This document shows positions 62,688 to 64,000 of a DNA stretch of 64,000 nt, one piece after another (the first letter of the stretch is position 1; the number at the start of each line of letters is the position of its first letter). The DNA is from an uncultured Phycisphaerales bacterium. GTDB lineage: Bacteria > Planctomycetota > Phycisphaerae > Tepidisphaerales > Tepidisphaeraceae. The notes beneath the pieces were generated by a model. That model ran no database searches. It had not been told where the DNA came from and saw only the letters and a program-made list of their open reading frames with translations. The stretch is taken from contig CAVWVQ010000002.1 in the NCBI GenBank assembly GCA_963758525.1, positions 96,001-160,000 of the forward strand, given 5' to 3'. The translations under genes were made by a program, and so were the position numbers.

Positions 62688-63725
62688 ATGCGCATTCTCA
62701 GCGTTGTCACCCGCAACTACTACGGCCAGCCTCAGGCGCTGGAGCCGATGTTTCTTGAGTTCACGCAGCCGTTGCTGGAAATGGGGCATGTCGTCGAGCA
62801 TTTCGATCACGTGCTGACCTGCGCACAGGTCGGGCCCGACGAATGCGCCGCTCGACTTGTCGACACCATCCGCCAGCGCGGGTACGACCTGGTCCTGTAT
62901 CAGACCGGCGGGCGTGATTTCATCAACCGCGGCGCATTCATCGACGCGGGACGCCTGGCGCCGATTGTGGGGTGGAACAGCGATGACGATTGGCAATGGG
63001 AAAGCTACACCAAGCTGATCGCCCCGCTCTTCACCTACGCGATCACGACCTACCCGCACATTTACCACGGCGCTCGCCGCGAGCATCGGAACCTGCTGCT
63101 GAGTCAATGGGGATGCCTGGAAACATACGCTCAGTTTGACCGCGAGAAGGATCTGGAGTTCACCTTCGTCGGCCAAGTCTATCGGAGCCGGGTGGCGGAA
63201 CTGCGGGCACTGAGAAAAGAGGCGTCCCTCCGCGTCTTCGGACTCGGCGCGCTGCGAGTGACGATCCCGCCGATGAACAATCGCCTGATCCGCAAGTACG
63301 TCACGAAGATAGCGCCCGCGACCAACCGGGCGCTGGCATTTCCCCAGGTGCATGAGATCTGGAACCGCAGCAGGATTTCGTACACGCCGCTCGGCGCCAG
63401 CACCGATCCGCGGATGCTTCAGATCAAGGGACGCGTTTTTCAGATGGGACTCTCCGGCACGCTGATGCTCTGTCAGGCATCGGAAAATCTCGATCCGTAT
63501 TACACCGCCGGCAAGGAATACGTTGCGTTCCACGATCCGCGCGACTGCATCAACAAGGTCCGCTATTACCTCGCGCACGAATCCGAGCGCGCGTGGATCG
63601 CCGGCGCCTACGCCGCCAGAACGCGGGCCGAACATTTGTGGAGTCATCGATTCGCGGAAATCTTCCGGAAGATCGGGATCAGTGTCCCGCGTACCACGGG
63701 TTTCCAACCCGTGCTGGCGGCATAG
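62688..63725 (+). CDS. CgeB-like glycosyltransferase
   Basis: WNSDDDW, TFVGQ, QIKGRVFQM, KVRYYLAHESER, EHLWSHRF. Confidence 0.8.
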   Translation: MRILSVVTRNYYGQPQALEPMFLEFTQPLLEMGHVVEHFDHVLTCAQVGPDECAARLVDTIRQRGYDLVLYQTGGRDFINRGAFIDAGRLAPIVGWNSDDDWQWESYTKLIAPLFTYAITTYPHIYHGARREHRNLLLSQWGCLETYAQFDREKDLEFTFVGQVYRSRVAELRALRKEASLRVFGLGALRVTIPPMNNRLIRKYVTKIAPATNRALAFPQVHEIWNRSRISYTPLGASTDPRMLQIKGRVFQMGLSGTLMLCQASENLDPYYTAGKEYVAFHDPRDCINKVRYYLAHESERAWIAGAYAARTRAEHLWSHRFAEIFRKIGISVPRTTGFQPVLAA

Positions 63726-63818
63726 CAGAAAATGAAACTTCGCTTCTCTCTGGAAGCTTTAAAAACCAGATCTGTATTCCTCCTGATGCAGTTCGCACGG
63801 GTTGGAAACCCGTGGTAC
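63691..63818. repeat. REP doublet (REPIN-like, GTAC ends)
   Basis: GTACCACGGGTTTCCAACCCGTGC at 63691 and its exact inverse GCACGGGTTGGAAACCCGTGGTAC ending at 63818. Confidence 0.85.
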
Positions 63819-63822
63819 TAAC

Positions 63823-64000
63823 ATGTGTGGAATCGCAGTCATCCTCCCCGGCAGCGCACTGCGAAGCAGCCGTTTCGCGATCGAGCGCATGACCGACGCG
63901 CTGGCCCACCGCGGCCCCGACGCGCAGGCGGTCGCACATCTGGACGGCTGCGACCTGGGTCACACCAGGCTGAGCGTCATCGATCTCACCACCGGCCAAC
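63823..64000 (+). CDS. asnB: Asparagine synthase (glutamine-hydrolysing), 3'-truncated
   Basis: Translated by hand: MCGIAV..AHRGPD..LGHTRLSVIDL..GQ. Confidence 0.9.
   Translation, partial: MCGIAVILPGSALRSSRFAIERMTDALAHRGPDAQAVAHLDGCDLGHTRLSVIDLTTGQ

Noticed and set aside
1..64000. CRISPR array
   Set aside because: No run of 25-45 bp direct repeats with unique spacers; the repeats seen are short tandem arrays, REPs or MITEs, and no cas genes are present

Overview
GC-rich bacterial chromosomal window of about 50 genes. It is most consistent with Planctomycetota (Phycisphaerae/Tepidisphaerales-like), inferred from LEPR-motif secreted proteins, a CxxCGYDLRATP zinc-ribbon protein, DUF1080 and DUF3467. 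Core content: an ABC export system, gdhA, sthA, aroF, tRNA-Pro(TGG), cydAB, an MntR-MntH manganese module, a tandem pair of large SPFH proteins, cls, sppA, glgP, a BrnT-like toxin cassette and the start of a glycosylation cluster ending in asnB. About 19 small frameshifts interrupt otherwise intact genes. Most lie at GCGC, which suggests systematic long-read error at a modified motif rather than gene decay. Best signals missing from the ORF track: (1) a 23-aa Phe/Trp/Tyr-rich leader peptide with terminator and antiterminator upstream of aroF; (2) two identical 143-bp MITEs with 8-bp target duplications, each wrapping a GTAG-type REP doublet; (3) a shared sigma28-like motif upstream of three glycosylation-related genes; (4) a small zinc-ribbon membrane ORF ahead of two SPFH proteins, each with a triplicated N-terminal subdomain. 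All calls come from manual motif reading; no searches were run.
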